Notes under the pieces: model-generated
Databases searched by the model: none
The model's input: the letters and a program-made list of their open reading frames with translations, nothing else
What the model was told of the DNA's origin: nothing
Virus record (IMG/VR): IMGVR_UViG_3300007512_002205
Coordinates: 62,001 to 121,143 of that record
Length of the DNA: 59,143 nt
Reading direction: 5' to 3' (one strand)
From: an uncultured virus (IMG/VR IMGVR_UViG_3300007512_002205)
Lineage: Duplodnaviria; Heunggongvirae; Uroviricota; Caudoviricetes
Program-made: the position numbers and the translations under genes
Part shown: piece after piece, positions 29,917 to 39,720 of the stretch
How the letters are laid out: the number at the start of each line of letters is the position of its first letter
How positions within the stretch are numbered: the first letter of the stretch is position 1

Positions 29917-30487
29917 CCATTTTCTCCTTAACTTTATCCATGTCGTGTTCTGTGTGAACGTCTATTATATCAGCGACCACAACACCACAATAAGTACTCA
30001 AGTCTCTTTGGAACACATACTCATTACGCATTATTCTAAAGGCTCCATTTTGAATAAGGTTGCTATCGACACTAAACACTTCCTGTAGATTATATTCAAG
30101 CAATTTTTCAATACCAGCATCAAGATGTCTTCCTTCAATTTGAGGAGAGTTTGCTTGTAAAGAAATCACCAGTTCTGGATGATAATTGAACTCCCTCGCC
30201 ATTTTGTCTGTCGCGTGTCGTATAACTTCTTGTTTAAAAACTTTGTCTCTGGCCAGTTCTGCTGGGCGAAAAAAAGACACATCGGCTCCATATTCTGTAG
30301 CGATTTCTTGAATTTCTCTGTCATCTGTGCTCACCCACACCATCAAATTATATTTTGAGTTTTTACATGCATCAATAGCGAACGCAATCATCGGTATTCC
30401 ACAAAGCTCTCTTATGTTTTTTCGTTTCAATCGTTTGCTGCCACCTCTTGCAGGGATTACCACAGCAATTTCACATGACTGTTTCAA
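29903..30487 (-). CDS. neuA: CMP-nonulosonate synthetase 2 (NeuA family)
   Basis: IPARGGSKRLKRKNI, VSTDD, RPAELA, LQANSP, QNGA; likely TTG start at 30487 with AAGGAG Shine-Dalgarno. Confidence 0.88.
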   Translation of the reverse strand: MKQSCEIAVVIPARGGSKRLKRKNIRELCGIPMIAFAIDACKNSKYNLMVWVSTDDREIQEIATEYGADVSFFRPAELARDKVFKQEVIRHATDKMAREFNYHPELVISLQANSPQIEGRHLDAGIEKLLEYNLQEVFSVDSNLIQNGAFRIMRNEYVFQRDLSTYCGVVVADIIDVHTEHDMDKVKEKMDDNI

Positions 30488-31430
30488 GTATTCTCCTTGA
30501 CGCTCCCTTCTCAAACAAACACTCTTTTCTTGCTTTTTTGAACTCTTCACCCGACCATGTTAAATTTTTAAGAGCTTCGTTGAAATCCGCAAACTGCACG
30601 TCCGTTGGGAGTTCAATACAATAATCATAATCATAAAGAAAGTCAAGCCTCTTAAATGGTTTAATATCAAAATTTATCAATGGCGTGTCGAGCATGACAC
30701 ATTCTTTTATGACGGTTGAATTAAAATTCACAACAATATCAGATTCTCTTATAAGCTCCAATGTTGTATGTGGATACCACTGTTCATCAGAAAGGTGTAA
30801 GTCTCCCCCATGTGATTCTTTCACAAGTGGATCTTTTCCTCTTGTCTTCGTAATGACCCAAAAACCCGCCCTTCCCAAATAATCACACAACAAATCCACA
30901 TCAATTTTATTTACATCGCGTTGTTTTGGATAGATCATCAAAGCACGCCCGGCAGTCTCAGGAAGTTTGTGTTTCACTTCTGTTGCGTAATCATCAAAAA
31001 AGCAGTCATACTTTGGTGAACCAAGATACAAATTCTTATCAGAAATACAGCTATAATGTTCGGCAAACTTTTTACTAGGGAAAACAACATGGTCGACTTT
31101 ATCGATGTATGTATTGTACGACGATACAAAGTCTGTCATGTAAGTCAACGATACACGTTTTTGTTGCCTCTTGTGTCTTAAATCAACACCAACACCCTCA
31201 ATGAAAAAAGTCAGGCCCTCACAGTTTTCTTCAAAATCAGACAATGGTCTAATCTCTATTCGAAAAATACTGCAAAGATTCATGAGTGTTCTTTCGTGTT
31301 TTATGGGGCAATTATATTTTCCAAACGTTCCGACATAAAAACACGAACGAATATCACGCTTGCCAGCCTCATCCACAAGCGGAATAAAATAACGCAGGGC
31401 TGTCATTTCCTTTACAACGAAATTTATCAT
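30471..31430 (-). CDS. Putative GT-B-fold transferase (TagF/capsule-transferase-like)
   Basis: LYLGSPKYD and LIRESDIVVNFNSTVIKECVMLDTPLI resemble TagF-like motifs; adjacent to neuA. Confidence 0.5.
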   Translation of the reverse strand: MINFVVKEMTALRYFIPLVDEAGKRDIRSCFYVGTFGKYNCPIKHERTLMNLCSIFRIEIRPLSDFEENCEGLTFFIEGVGVDLRHKRQQKRVSLTYMTDFVSSYNTYIDKVDHVVFPSKKFAEHYSCISDKNLYLGSPKYDCFFDDYATEVKHKLPETAGRALMIYPKQRDVNKIDVDLLCDYLGRAGFWVITKTRGKDPLVKESHGGDLHLSDEQWYPHTTLELIRESDIVVNFNSTVIKECVMLDTPLINFDIKPFKRLDFLYDYDYCIELPTDVQFADFNEALKNLTWSGEEFKKARKECLFEKGASRRILETVM

Positions 31431-32029
31431 TTTTTTCTACAGCTCATCAAAATATAAAGCTGTGGTTGATCTTCCCACAAAGCAAGCAAATCATAGTTTA
31501 TTTCAAAACATGACAACCACGACTCGGGCCACAGTATATAAGGAGTCTCTTTTAAGATTGCTTTCTTTACGTCGTCATATCCAAATTTTTTAACTCTTTC
31601 ACAGAATAACTTGTATTGGTCATCTTCTAAAAATTTGTCGTTCCAAATACCAGACCATAATTTATTGTCTTTGTGGTAATGCCATTCCTGCTCTTCGTTT
31701 TTAAGCCACCCAATCTTATAACTCTCAAATCTCCAGTGATCACCATATCCCCAGTCAACATAAAGATAGCCACCGAAATTCAAATGAGCATAGCATCTCG
31801 ACATGAAGTAATATGGTGAATCACAAAAATAAGCGCATCGTGTGCATATAATCGTATCGTAATTCTTTGGAAGCTCCCAATTGGAATTTATCTCCCAATT
31901 ACCAAGAGCCTGATCATAAAGATCTCCCTGAAATAGTCTATTGTCCGTGAAGCCGAGCAAAGCGACATCACCAACGGGTTTTATTTTTGCCCCATAAAAT
32001 GGGTATAAAAACTGATCAGACCTTCCCAT
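31427..32029 (-). CDS. Possible SAM-dependent methyltransferase-like protein
   Basis: YDTIIC..CAYF and HLNFGGYLYV resemble class I MTase motifs; motif I is degenerate. Confidence 0.45.
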   Translation of the reverse strand: MGRSDQFLYPFYGAKIKPVGDVALLGFTDNRLFQGDLYDQALGNWEINSNWELPKNYDTIICTRCAYFCDSPYYFMSRCYAHLNFGGYLYVDWGYGDHWRFESYKIGWLKNEEQEWHYHKDNKLWSGIWNDKFLEDDQYKLFCERVKKFGYDDVKKAILKETPYILWPESWLSCFEINYDLLALWEDQPQLYILMSCRKK

Positions 32030-32744
32030 ATTCGTTTATCCCTTCGATGAATGTAAATTCATATTGACCTTTGTTCTCTTTTAAAAACTCAACAAGTTCT
32101 TTTGTTAACCCTTTTCCAAGATAGTTCTTGTCCCACTCGCACGCATGATAAACAAGCCCTGTTCTATCCATCAGTTGAAGTGCATCATTCGGTGGTGCGA
32201 TGTCAGAATAGGAAACTTTTCCGAATGTCTTGTCCGCTCCTTTATAGGCTGCAAGGGCATATCCCGCTCTTGTCAAACAAAGCATATCAAGTCCTGCCAT
32301 CTTGCACGCACTTATGGCTTCAGAGGACATTCTCCACGCTGGCGGTCTAAATATCGGTTTGATTGTTCCCAACAGCCCTGCTTTTTCTGCAATTTCTTGC
32401 ATAGCATCCAGCGTCGTCAAAGTCTGCAACACACCAAGTTTATCAAACTCGTCATTATCGGTTACTTCCGGCACCCCATGAAACAAGCCATGGTATCCAA
32501 TCTCATAAACGTCTTTTGGTAATTTACGCAACTGTTCACAAAACTCTGGATACCAATGAAGGCACAAAGGGTCTTCTGTCGCGACTTCCTTTTTTTGGGT
32601 TCTCCAGTATGCCATTGGGACAAACAGCGTGAACTTGGCATCTGGGAATTCATTTAAAATATCATTGCACTGCTCCAGCACCTTCAAAGAAGACTTCGGA
32701 TGTGGTGAAATATCATCAATGCTTATGTTTATTTTGCTTCGCAT
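32016..32744 (-). CDS. Polysaccharide deacetylase-like (CE4/DUF2334) protein
   Basis: ISIDDISP, FTLFVP, EIGYHGLFH, FRPPAW, VYH. Confidence 0.8.
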   Translation of the reverse strand: MRSKINISIDDISPHPKSSLKVLEQCNDILNEFPDAKFTLFVPMAYWRTQKKEVATEDPLCLHWYPEFCEQLRKLPKDVYEIGYHGLFHGVPEVTDNDEFDKLGVLQTLTTLDAMQEIAEKAGLLGTIKPIFRPPAWRMSSEAISACKMAGLDMLCLTRAGYALAAYKGADKTFGKVSYSDIAPPNDALQLMDRTGLVYHACEWDKNYLGKGLTKELVEFLKENKGQYEFTFIEGINEYGKV

Positions 32745-33640
32745 ATAATCTCCATGTATTCTTTTATCGTGTCATCTATGGTGTCTGTGTAAGAAGCCAA
32801 ATTAAGGTCATAAGACTCATAATCGTTCATAATCTTTTGAACCAATTTTAAAATCTGGTCAGGGGACGAATACATTTCCCCGTGCTCTTTGCAGTATTCT
32901 AATATGCTTCCACCGCTAATAGGATAAATAACAGGCAGTCCTGCTGCCATTGCTTCTAAAACGTGATTTGCGCCAGCCTCTTCTTGTGAGGCTGTCAAAT
33001 AAATGTGGTGTTTTGAAAGTTCAACGGCAAGATTGGTTTCTGTCATTGGCGGCAAATAAGTCGCCCCTGAAAAACGAAAGCCTTCTGGCAATCTGCCAAT
33101 GTATGTGAATTCTATTCCAGGGATAATCTTTGAAAAATAATCAATTCCCTTATATATCTCAAAACCCTTTTTTACATTTGTTGACCAGTGGTGGGTGACA
33201 ATTTTCACAACCCCATTGGTGGGTGTTGCCGTTCTTTTGTGTTCGTGAAAAACCTTCAGTGGCCGATTTGGAATAACAACACAGTTCGCGTTTTCATACC
33301 CCAACCAATCTTTTGCCCAATAACTCGGAAAGATAAGAAAATCTGATGTGTTGACAGAACGCCTCACCATATCGGTCAACTCTGGTTTCCCATGCGTACC
33401 CAGGTCACTCACCCTTTGGATGAGAGGGATTTCCGATTCTCTGCAATATGAAAGAAGCCTATCATACCCATCTCCAGAGCCATGTCTCGGATCAAAACAA
33501 AATACAACATCAATACCTGGTTGTAGATCATAAACGACCTGATGGCCTTCCTCAACCAAGGCTTTCGACAAGGCTTTAACGAATCTATTTCCACCACCCC
33601 ATGGTCCATCAACTGGTTTTCTATTTAAATATGTTTTCAT
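32729..33640 (-). CDS. Glycosyltransferase, GT4-like
   Basis: GPWGGGNRF, IFPS, EAGANHVLEAMAAGLPV (EX7E). Confidence 0.88.
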   Translation of the reverse strand: MKTYLNRKPVDGPWGGGNRFVKALSKALVEEGHQVVYDLQPGIDVVFCFDPRHGSGDGYDRLLSYCRESEIPLIQRVSDLGTHGKPELTDMVRRSVNTSDFLIFPSYWAKDWLGYENANCVVIPNRPLKVFHEHKRTATPTNGVVKIVTHHWSTNVKKGFEIYKGIDYFSKIIPGIEFTYIGRLPEGFRFSGATYLPPMTETNLAVELSKHHIYLTASQEEAGANHVLEAMAAGLPVIYPISGGSILEYCKEHGEMYSSPDQILKLVQKIMNDYESYDLNLASYTDTIDDTIKEYMEIICEAK

Positions 33641-34250
33641 CTTTTTGCAAAATCACATAATCCGAAGGCACATAGGTTCCTCCAGCGTTAACGCTGACCG
33701 TCCTTCCTTTCCACTCTGGAAATTCAATTATAAATTCACCTATCGCCTCAGCAACTCCCTGCTTTTTCGTTATTTGTCTTTTTGTGGCAACCTTTACGTC
33801 TTCATACTCAGGCAGTTCTGAATAATAGAGATCTTTTTTGGCCCATCTTCCTCGAAAATCATCACAAATAATCATTGTTTTGTCGTGTGCGATCTTCGAC
33901 AGCAAAAGTAATTCCTGCTTGACCGTAAAATAATTGTGATCTCCATCCACCAAAATAAGATCCATTTTTCCATAATCACCTAAGAAGCTAGGCAATATTG
34001 ATAAACTGTTATCGTTTATCAAAGTGATAGCTTGTCCCTTTAAAAGATTCATAAACCTTAATGGAATACCGATTTCTTGCCTTATCTTTACGTCAATCCC
34101 ATAATAAGAATACGGCTTTCTTCGTAGGGTGAAAAAGTGCAACAAAGGATACATCGTTTGCCCTTTATCAACACCAATCTCTAAAATCTTTGGGTTTTCA
34201 AACGAAGCCAAAAACTCAAACATCTTTGGTATATAAGAGTGATACGCCAT
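33621..34250 (-). CDS. Class I SAM-dependent methyltransferase
   Basis: ILEIGVDKG, YGID, DLILVDGDHNY, IICDD. Confidence 0.87.
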   Translation of the reverse strand: MAYHSYIPKMFEFLASFENPKILEIGVDKGQTMYPLLHFFTLRRKPYSYYGIDVKIRQEIGIPLRFMNLLKGQAITLINDNSLSILPSFLGDYGKMDLILVDGDHNYFTVKQELLLLSKIAHDKTMIICDDFRGRWAKKDLYYSELPEYEDVKVATKRQITKKQGVAEAIGEFIIEFPEWKGRTVSVNAGGTYVPSDYVILQKDENIFK

Positions 34251-35215
34251 TAATACAGCCTCTCGTAATCGCTTTCTGCTGCCTGTTCCGGGTCAATTGG
34301 GCACTTTTTCCATTCACCATTTTGTGTCAAAAGTGGTGCAGTGTCCCAACCATCTCCAACGACAAGCTCTTCAATCGAAACAGGCATATATCTTTGACCA
34401 TGCTTTCTCAACAAATTTTCATATTCATGAATTTTGTAATAAAAATTGCCATTTGGCGGCTTCCAATAGTTGCCATAACGTTTATCACCGCGAACTCTTG
34501 CATTTGTTCCTCTGAGGTCTGTGTGAATCGCACATGAAACAGGAATTATCGGCCTCAAACATAAGGGTGAAAAATTTTCGTCCTCTTCCAAAAGACCCGA
34601 AATCTTTGTTAGCATCTCCGTCTCAGAATCTTTGCCGCCTTCATGACTCTCGTTGTCCACATGCCATGGTTTAATCTTGTCCATGATAAACTTTGTATAC
34701 ATTACATCAGCAGCTCCAACAATTGGATACCGTGACAAGTCATAAGCAAACTTCGCATCGGATTCTTCAAGCTCAAGGTCGTCACTAAAGTTAAACATGC
34801 TCTTTGAATCTCTCACTGCTCTTTGTGCATCGACAAGGACATATCCGACCTTCTCAAGGTTCTCAGAGCAGACCTCAACAAAGTCTTGAAGCCATCCACC
34901 TCTAACAACAAACTGCGTGTCTGCTTGTAGTGGCAAGATGAATTCTCCTGTTGCATGTTCAGCAATGAGATTCAAAGCTCTCGCAAATTCATTCGACGGA
35001 TCTCTTTGTTCCTGCCGAAACACAAGGGCTCCCTGTTCTTCCTTTTCTCTCAAATATTTTTCTGTTCCGTCCTCAACGGAAGCGTTGTCAACGATTATGA
35101 TTTCCTTGTTTGGGTAATCGTCCGTACAATAAAGCAGTGACTCAAGACACGCTTTAAGATAATGCAGCCTGTTACAATTAACAAACGCAAATGTTACTTT
35201 CGGTAATTCACTCAT
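34250..35215 (-). CDS. Glycosyltransferase family 2
   Basis: NCNRLHYLKACLESL, IIIVDNASVEDGT, LQAD; ATG 35215 overlaps the upstream stop (ATGA). Confidence 0.85.
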   Translation of the reverse strand: MSELPKVTFAFVNCNRLHYLKACLESLLYCTDDYPNKEIIIVDNASVEDGTEKYLREKEEQGALVFRQEQRDPSNEFARALNLIAEHATGEFILPLQADTQFVVRGGWLQDFVEVCSENLEKVGYVLVDAQRAVRDSKSMFNFSDDLELEESDAKFAYDLSRYPIVGAADVMYTKFIMDKIKPWHVDNESHEGGKDSETEMLTKISGLLEEDENFSPLCLRPIIPVSCAIHTDLRGTNARVRGDKRYGNYWKPPNGNFYYKIHEYENLLRKHGQRYMPVSIEELVVGDGWDTAPLLTQNGEWKKCPIDPEQAAESDYERLY

Positions 35216-36840
35216 TTTCTCTCCATTAAGATTCCATAATCCACAAAATAAAGATAATCGATCTCTGTTCCGAGGAAGCATCTTATCGCATGTTCAGGAG
35301 TCTCGCAGATCGGTTCACGATCGTTAAAGCTTGTGTTCAAAATGATTGGAACACCTGACTTTTCTTCCCACAGTTTTAAGAAATTGTAATACCAACCGTT
35401 ATCTTTTTCCGTGACCGTTTGAAGTCTGGCTGTGCCATTCACATGAACAACTGCTGGGACTTTATCACGGACCTCTTCCTTGAACTCAAGGACGTCACTC
35501 ATATAAGGGCTTTCGCACGGATTCTCAAACCAATCACCCACGGTGTCACGAAGGATACTTGGTGCAAATGGTCGATACCACTGGCGATGCTTAACCTTTG
35601 AATTGATTTTGTCCTTCATCTCAGAATCTCTCGGATCTGCAAGAATGCTTCTATTTCCAAGAGCACGGCGTCCAGATTCAGATCCGCCTCCAAAGACAGC
35701 AACGATTTTCTGCTTATCCAAGAGATCAACCACTTCAGAATCATTAACTTTCGATACAGATACTTTGTCATCAAACTGTTTCAAATCCTCGAAAATTCTC
35801 TTCTTGTCGTATTCAACTCCAAGATAGGGTGTGTAATTGTCTTCCCAAATAATTCTTGGGTGATCTAACACCTCATGCCACATATATTGTGCTGCACCAA
35901 TTGTCAACCCTCCATCGTGAGGGGTGGGTGTAATATAAACTCCATCAATTACAGGAAACCATTGCCGCAACTTACCGACCATAACGGAATTAAGGGCAAC
36001 ACCACCCGCAAGACAAAGATTATATCTTCCACCCTCTGAAAGATATGCAAATTCTGCAAGAAGCTGTCTGAACAAATATTCTGTCGCCGCCTGCAAACCC
36101 GCTGCAAGATCGAACTTGTCCTGTTCGCCTCTCTTTGCGATCTCCTGATACTTATGAAGATAAGGGTGTTGTGGGTCATTTCCCTTTACAAGAGCGCCTC
36201 TCGGTTGCGTGGACGGCTTTGCTGATGCTTGTTGTAGGTCCACGGTCAGCATTGTATAAAAATCGTTGAAAAATCTCTTTGGATCTCCAAATGCAGCCAT
36301 TGCCATAACGGAACCCGCTTGGTGGCCATGCGGCCATCCAGACTGCAACTCAAAAATGTATCTCGTTGCTCTCGTCCAAACACCGCCAATATTTACTTGG
36401 TGAATCGGGAAAGAACGAATTGGGTATATTCGGTTCCCAATCCCCTTCCACGTCGTCAATGCTGTGACGCCACCACGATCAACACCGCCGCCATCAACAG
36501 TCAGGATATATGCCTCTTCAAAGTTGCTTGAAAAGAAAGTGTTTGCGGCATGTGCTTGGTGGTGTCCAATATAGGATACAGAGCCGCCGTTTTTATCGGC
36601 AACTTCACAAATCTTCTTATAAGACTCTTCATGCTCTTGAAGCTTGTTTGTTGGATAGGTTGACACAAAATGCTTAATAGACTGCCAGTCGGCATATTGC
36701 TCTATCAAGAACTTCGCGCTATCACCAGCCGGCTCTTTCTCTCTTATGTATCTTTCATACTCTGCGTGAACGATAGGCTTCCCTCTATTTGACACATAGA
36801 ACGAACAGTCGTGCCCAGACCATAATCCTGCAATTTTCAT
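35212..36840 (-). CDS. O-carbamoyltransferase (NodU/CmcH family)
   Basis: GHDCS, ERYIREK, HHQAHAA, VDGGG, AGGVALN, ESGRRALGNRSILADPR, KHRQWYRPFAP, LNTSFN. Confidence 0.93.
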   Translation of the reverse strand: MKIAGLWSGHDCSFYVSNRGKPIVHAEYERYIREKEPAGDSAKFLIEQYADWQSIKHFVSTYPTNKLQEHEESYKKICEVADKNGGSVSYIGHHQAHAANTFFSSNFEEAYILTVDGGGVDRGGVTALTTWKGIGNRIYPIRSFPIHQVNIGGVWTRATRYIFELQSGWPHGHQAGSVMAMAAFGDPKRFFNDFYTMLTVDLQQASAKPSTQPRGALVKGNDPQHPYLHKYQEIAKRGEQDKFDLAAGLQAATEYLFRQLLAEFAYLSEGGRYNLCLAGGVALNSVMVGKLRQWFPVIDGVYITPTPHDGGLTIGAAQYMWHEVLDHPRIIWEDNYTPYLGVEYDKKRIFEDLKQFDDKVSVSKVNDSEVVDLLDKQKIVAVFGGGSESGRRALGNRSILADPRDSEMKDKINSKVKHRQWYRPFAPSILRDTVGDWFENPCESPYMSDVLEFKEEVRDKVPAVVHVNGTARLQTVTEKDNGWYYNFLKLWEEKSGVPIILNTSFNDREPICETPEHAIRCFLGTEIDYLYFVDYGILMERK

Positions 36841-36846
36841 AACACC

Positions 36847-37917
36847 TCAGTAAATTTTTCTTAAATCGTGTAAATTTTTCTTTGCCCAACCAAGACAAGA
36901 GGTAAGCCCCCATGCAAGGGGGACCTTTGGTTTCCAATCAAACTCGTTGCAAACCCGCCCAATATCAGAAATGTAAATTCTCTGATCAGCTCGTCTTTCT
37001 GGTCCTGTGCCAATAGGCGACTCAATCTTCATCAGTTGAATCAATAAGTCGTCAAGTTCTCTTAAAGAAATTGTATTCTCGATTCCACCACCAACATTAT
37101 AATACGAACCGCGATGTCCGTCTATAGCCTTTGATTGCTTCAAAATGAGGTCGCCCAAGTCCTGTACATGTAAATAATCACGAACTTGCTTACCGTTGAA
37201 GCCGTAAAATGCCAAAGGTTCTCCAAGTAACTTGGCGATAACAAACCAAACCATCCAACCTTGAGCAACCTTGCCAAATTGACGCGGACCATAAAGACAA
37301 CTAAACCTGTTAATGATCACCGGAATATCAAATGAGTCTGACCATTCCTGGCAAATAACATCCGAGGCCAACTTCGACACCCCATAAATTGAATGATCAC
37401 CGCCATTAACATCAAGAGCTTCGTTGAAGCCGTTCATCGACCAACCAGGAAGAACTGTTGTTGCGCTTATTGAGTTGCCTGGATCTTTCCACCGCAAGCG
37501 CGTTTTGTCTTCCCAGAACGGAACGGAATTGCAAAGCTTCCCGCTGTACACCTTGTTCGTGCTCCAAAAGATGAGTCCTGCATCAACCTTACGGCAATAT
37601 TCAAGAACGTTAACAAGGCCATAGGTATTGTTTGTTATGTCATACATTGGATTTGCATAGCCGTCAATAGCTGACGGCTGGGCAGCACACTCAAGAACCA
37701 CATCTGGTTTAAATTGTTCAACAGGAACCAAGTCTTCAGGGTTTCTGATATCTCCATGAATCATCTTTATCCCCTTTTCTTTCAACTCGCTTATGTTAAA
37801 CTCGCTACCTCTCCGAACAAGGTTATCAAGGCAAACAACTTCGTGCCCTTCCTCTGAAAGGTGAAATGCAAGATTGCTTCCAACAAACCCCGCTCCTCCT
37901 GTTATTAAAAACTTCAT
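36847..37917 (-). CDS. CDP-paratose 2-epimerase (RfbE)-like SDR
   Basis: TGGAGFVG, DNLVRRGS, STNKVY, YGVSK, YGPRQFGKVAQGW, GKQVRDYLHVQDL; ATG 37917 with GGAGG. Confidence 0.8.
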   Translation of the reverse strand: MKFLITGGAGFVGSNLAFHLSEEGHEVVCLDNLVRRGSEFNISELKEKGIKMIHGDIRNPEDLVPVEQFKPDVVLECAAQPSAIDGYANPMYDITNNTYGLVNVLEYCRKVDAGLIFWSTNKVYSGKLCNSVPFWEDKTRLRWKDPGNSISATTVLPGWSMNGFNEALDVNGGDHSIYGVSKLASDVICQEWSDSFDIPVIINRFSCLYGPRQFGKVAQGWMVWFVIAKLLGEPLAFYGFNGKQVRDYLHVQDLGDLILKQSKAIDGHRGSYYNVGGGIENTISLRELDDLLIQLMKIESPIGTGPERRADQRIYISDIGRVCNEFDWKPKVPLAWGLTSCLGWAKKNLHDLRKIY

Positions 37918-37918
37918 C

Positions 37919-38833
37919 TTATACCTCCAAGACCTCTTTGAACATTTTTGTGTACTCATCCATGTGAGTTTTTATATCATATTTTTGAACGTTTTTATAA
38001 GCCTCATTGACATCTTCTTCTGTTGGATAATAAATTTCATTTTCAACATCGACAATGCAAGATTCCGGCAGAACACTTGATGCCATGCCAACGTCCGTTG
38101 AAATAATTGGAACTTTCATCGCTGGGGCTTCCAACACTGCTTGTGGGCCGCCCTCAACTCTTGCTGCGACAACATATAGATCACACATATTATACATGTG
38201 TCGAACAACATTAATAGGAGGGAGTTCTCGATACATAAATCTCATGCCCGCTTTTTTTAATCGTGTTTGAACATATTGTCGTCTCCAGCCATTTAAAAGT
38301 ACGAGCACCTCTTTTTCTTCATTCAAACGCTCGACATAATCACAAAACAAATCGGGACCTTTTTCAAGCTTTGGACTCTTTAAATCGTGACCTTCTGTAT
38401 CTCTTTGAAAAGAGCCAACAACGTACTTGTCATCTGGTATCGCATAAACCCTTCTTAGTTCTTTTTTATCCTCTGCAAACCAAAGATGAGAATTGATCCA
38501 ATAACCCACCACTTTAACGGGTTTATCTGTGTGTTTCGAAACAAAAGATTTTGTTTTTTCACAAGGCACATGGTACAGGTTTGTGTAGTGATCTCTCGCA
38601 GCAAATTCTTTCTCGTTAAATTTCTCAGGAACGATATGGTGGATGGTCGTCACAACCTTCTTTTGGAGAAGAAGCATTGGTGGGATTTGATTCCACAGCC
38701 AAGGAGAGACAACCCATATAACGTCTGCTTCAAAAAGATTTTTTGTTGAACCCTTTTTGTTGTTAACAATCCACTCGTTTGCAAAGCGATCGCAAAACCA
38801 TCCTTCTCTTGCGTAGACAGGACATATTAACAT
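37919..38833 (-). CDS. Glycosyltransferase, GT4-like
   Basis: EKGPD, EGGPQAVLEA, PIISTDVG. Confidence 0.88.
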   Translation of the reverse strand: MLICPVYAREGWFCDRFANEWIVNNKKGSTKNLFEADVIWVVSPWLWNQIPPMLLLQKKVVTTIHHIVPEKFNEKEFAARDHYTNLYHVPCEKTKSFVSKHTDKPVKVVGYWINSHLWFAEDKKELRRVYAIPDDKYVVGSFQRDTEGHDLKSPKLEKGPDLFCDYVERLNEEKEVLVLLNGWRRQYVQTRLKKAGMRFMYRELPPINVVRHMYNMCDLYVVAARVEGGPQAVLEAPAMKVPIISTDVGMASSVLPESCIVDVENEIYYPTEEDVNEAYKNVQKYDIKTHMDEYTKMFKEVLEV

Positions 38834-39720
38834 TTAATCTTCTCCAAGAACGCAATGTATTCTTTTGCTGCATCGTTTACGCTCAAAACCGAATCAAATT
38901 CATTCACCCTACGCTTTGAGAAATCAAGAACGGGCGGATCATAAAGGTACAATGGCTGGAAGTCCCATTCGTCTTCCTCGATTAAAATGGCACCCTTTCC
39001 AGCAATCTCCTTTGTCCCACCACTATCTGAGCAAATTATTTGACAACCACACGCCCTTGCGTCAATCACAACATTTGGGCAGTGGTCAAGCCACGATAGG
39101 TGAATAAAATATTTGCTACGAAGATATAAACTAAGTATTTGATCTGTATTGAGGCTCCCTGCATAAAAAATATCGTTGCTTCTAATTTTGTTTTCGACTT
39201 CGCCTGCCACAACAAGGCAATCTTTTGGTCCTTTGTGTTCAAGAAAATACCTCACATTAGCATCAAACCTTTTATGTGGCCTCCACACTGATGCACAGCA
39301 CCACACATTTTCATACGAATCCAATATCGGGTTGTCAGATGGCTTAAGGCTTGCTATTAAATCTGTGTCTGCGCCGTTTCTAATAACAACACTATCTTTT
39401 GGTTCCCCAAAAACTCTAGTTATCAGCTCTTTGTTGAATTCCGTTTGAAACACAACCCCGTCTGATTCCTTGTATGTTCGTGAAATATTACCGTTCAAAG
39501 AGTTGAAGTCTTGTGATAAATTGAAATAAATGCCATCAAGGCGTTGAACCATTTTTAACCACGGAAATCTCCTACCAGCCTCAATGAAACAAAGAACAAT
39601 CTCTCCTTCTGTTTGAGAAGTTGAATGACCAAGTTTCGAAAAGGCTGTGGATAGCTTTGAAGCGAAGCTGTTCGGACCAGAACGGTTCGTAAAGTCTGTA
39701 TTCTCAAACAAAACCTTCAT
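38827..39720 (-). CDS. Glycosyltransferase, GT4-like
   Basis: SGPNSF, VIRNG, DHCPNVVIDARACG, SDSGGTKE. Confidence 0.85.
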   Translation of the reverse strand: MKVLFENTDFTNRSGPNSFASKLSTAFSKLGHSTSQTEGEIVLCFIEAGRRFPWLKMVQRLDGIYFNLSQDFNSLNGNISRTYKESDGVVFQTEFNKELITRVFGEPKDSVVIRNGADTDLIASLKPSDNPILDSYENVWCCASVWRPHKRFDANVRYFLEHKGPKDCLVVAGEVENKIRSNDIFYAGSLNTDQILSLYLRSKYFIHLSWLDHCPNVVIDARACGCQIICSDSGGTKEIAGKGAILIEEDEWDFQPLYLYDPPVLDFSKRRVNEFDSVLSVNDAAKEYIAFLEKIKC

